Assembly: GCA_030141605.1 (NCBI GenBank)
Contig: JAQGDQ010000167.1
Coordinates: forward strand, 1-64,000
DNA length: 64,000 bases
Reading direction: 5' to 3'
From: Tubiluchus corallicola
Taxonomy: Eukaryota; Animalia; Priapulida
Below are positions 62,601 through 64,000 of this stretch, one piece after another. A program made the position numbers and the translations under genes. How positions within the stretch are numbered: position 1 is the first letter of the stretch; every line of letters begins with the position of its first letter. The notes under the pieces are model-generated. The model searched no databases. It saw only the letters and a list, made by a program, of their open reading frames with translations, and was not told the origin of the DNA.

Positions 62601-63080
62601 AAATCTCTTTTACATTTTTAAGCAAGGCATTCTATGCACATATATTGTGCGTACATCTCAATATTTTAAATTGTATATTAAGAGGCAATAAATGTTGTTC
62701 GAGAGTTGGTTCTTCCTTAAGTTAGGATTAGTGCTGCTGCATTACCATCTTTCATTACAAAATTTCCTTTACATACAATGAATAAGTTACATATGATCTA
62801 AAGACAAAACTGTTAAACTGATATCCAAAAAACTGATCAATTCAAGACCAATCTTGGTACTAATCTTTCCTTGAACTAAGAATTGTCCAGGGCTTGACAA
62901 TTAACAGTCTATACTGTTATCTTACTCTTACCCTTTTACTTTATCATTCTTTCTCCTTCGGAAGATTAATTTCACATACCTGTAAAGGGCAGCTGAACAG
63001 TATAGTTACTATAACATGCCAAAGCAGTGGAACTAGCTTCAGGCATGGCCCCTGTTCCCTTGTAACAGTACCACGTATAC
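40639..63080 (-). CDS. Polycystin-1/REJ-family gene, copy 2 (inverted duplicate), 16 exons in window
   Basis: Exons 62980-63080, 61589-61736, 60382-60611, 59051-59146, 58729-58836, 57009-57154, 55914-56064, 53703-53851, 52483-52608, 50892-50989, 48782-48926, 47152-47302, 45719-45816, 44729-44885, 44003-44145, 40639-41584. Splice sites are retained where I checked them; some coordinates were derived from the arm offset. Confidence 0.83.
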
Positions 63081-64000
63081 CTAAAAAACGAAAAACCCAA
63101 AAACATCTAATGATTTACGCAATTTTCAAACTAAGAGAAAAAGAATACAGCTAATATCGTACCAACAATCAGCTGTGTGTTTTGAATGCCAAATAAACTT
63201 TTATAGCATACACTCAAAAAAGAAATACATTAAATGATATAATAATTTTTCAAAAGATAACGGTGAAGCAGATTGCATTTATAAACTGCAGTATCCTACT
63301 TATTAGTCAGAATTTATGTATAAGTCTAAAAACGGGGTGCAGTTGAAAAGGAGTGATTTGGAGACAAAAATGCTGTTTAAAGCCTTTGTGCTCCTTTACA
63401 TCCAATGCAGCTTCGGCTTGATAAATTTTTACAATTTTATAACTCGTCTAAAATGCATATAACCTGTTACAATTTTTATAACAATAGGCATGGTATTTTT
63501 AGTTTAAACATTGAAGGTCTACAATTAATGAACATCTCAGTTTATTTACACAATCCTCGACATTGTTGAAGAACATATCTTATTAAGTAATCCTGGACAT
63601 TGTTGAAGAACATATCTTATTAGACAATCCTGGACATTGTTGAAGAACATATCTTATTAGACAATCCTGGACATTGTAGAAGAACATATCTTATTAGACA
63701 ATCCTGGACATTGTTGAAGAACATATCTTATTACACAATCCTGGACATTGTTGAAGAACATATCTTATTAGACAATCCTGGACATTGTAGAAGAACATAT
63801 CTTATTAGACAATCCTGGACATTGTTGAAGAACATATCTTATTAGACAATCCTGGACATTGTTGAAGAACATATCTTATTAGACAATCCTGGACATTGTA
63901 GAAGAACATATCTTATTAGACAATCCTGGACATTGTAGAAGAACATATCTTATTAGACAATCCTGGACATTGCTGAAGAACACATCTTAGTAGACTTTCT
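43375..64000 (-). repeat. Right arm of giant inverted duplication (continues past window end)
   Basis: Near-identical reverse complement of 19577-40233, with scattered SNPs and indels. Confidence 0.97.

Overview
AT-rich animal genomic DNA with no prokaryotic features. It holds a multi-exon polycystin-1/REJ-family (PKD1-like) gene on the + strand. The gene enters from the left as a tandem array of 29 exon+intron units (1-7722), each with a 135-nt calcium-binding-EGF exon, many of them decayed. Four single Notch-type EGF exons, a PKD-like/REJ exon and REJ and GAIN-region exons follow, all with compatible splice phases, up to 39605. From 19577 to the window end the locus is a giant inverted duplication: the left arm 19577-40233 is mirrored by the right arm 43375-64000 around a unique 3141-bp spacer. 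This gives two convergent gene copies. The minus-strand copy continues in frame into a 946-nt spacer exon encoding a 33-Cys domain with mirror-symmetric Cys spacing. Neither copy shows GPS, transmembrane or channel exons in this window. The inner junction lies at an 8-nt microhomology inside a telomere-like 43-bp minisatellite. Introns contain a LINE fragment, several MITE families, a SINE-like remnant and mini/microsatellites. All domain calls are by eye, without database searches.
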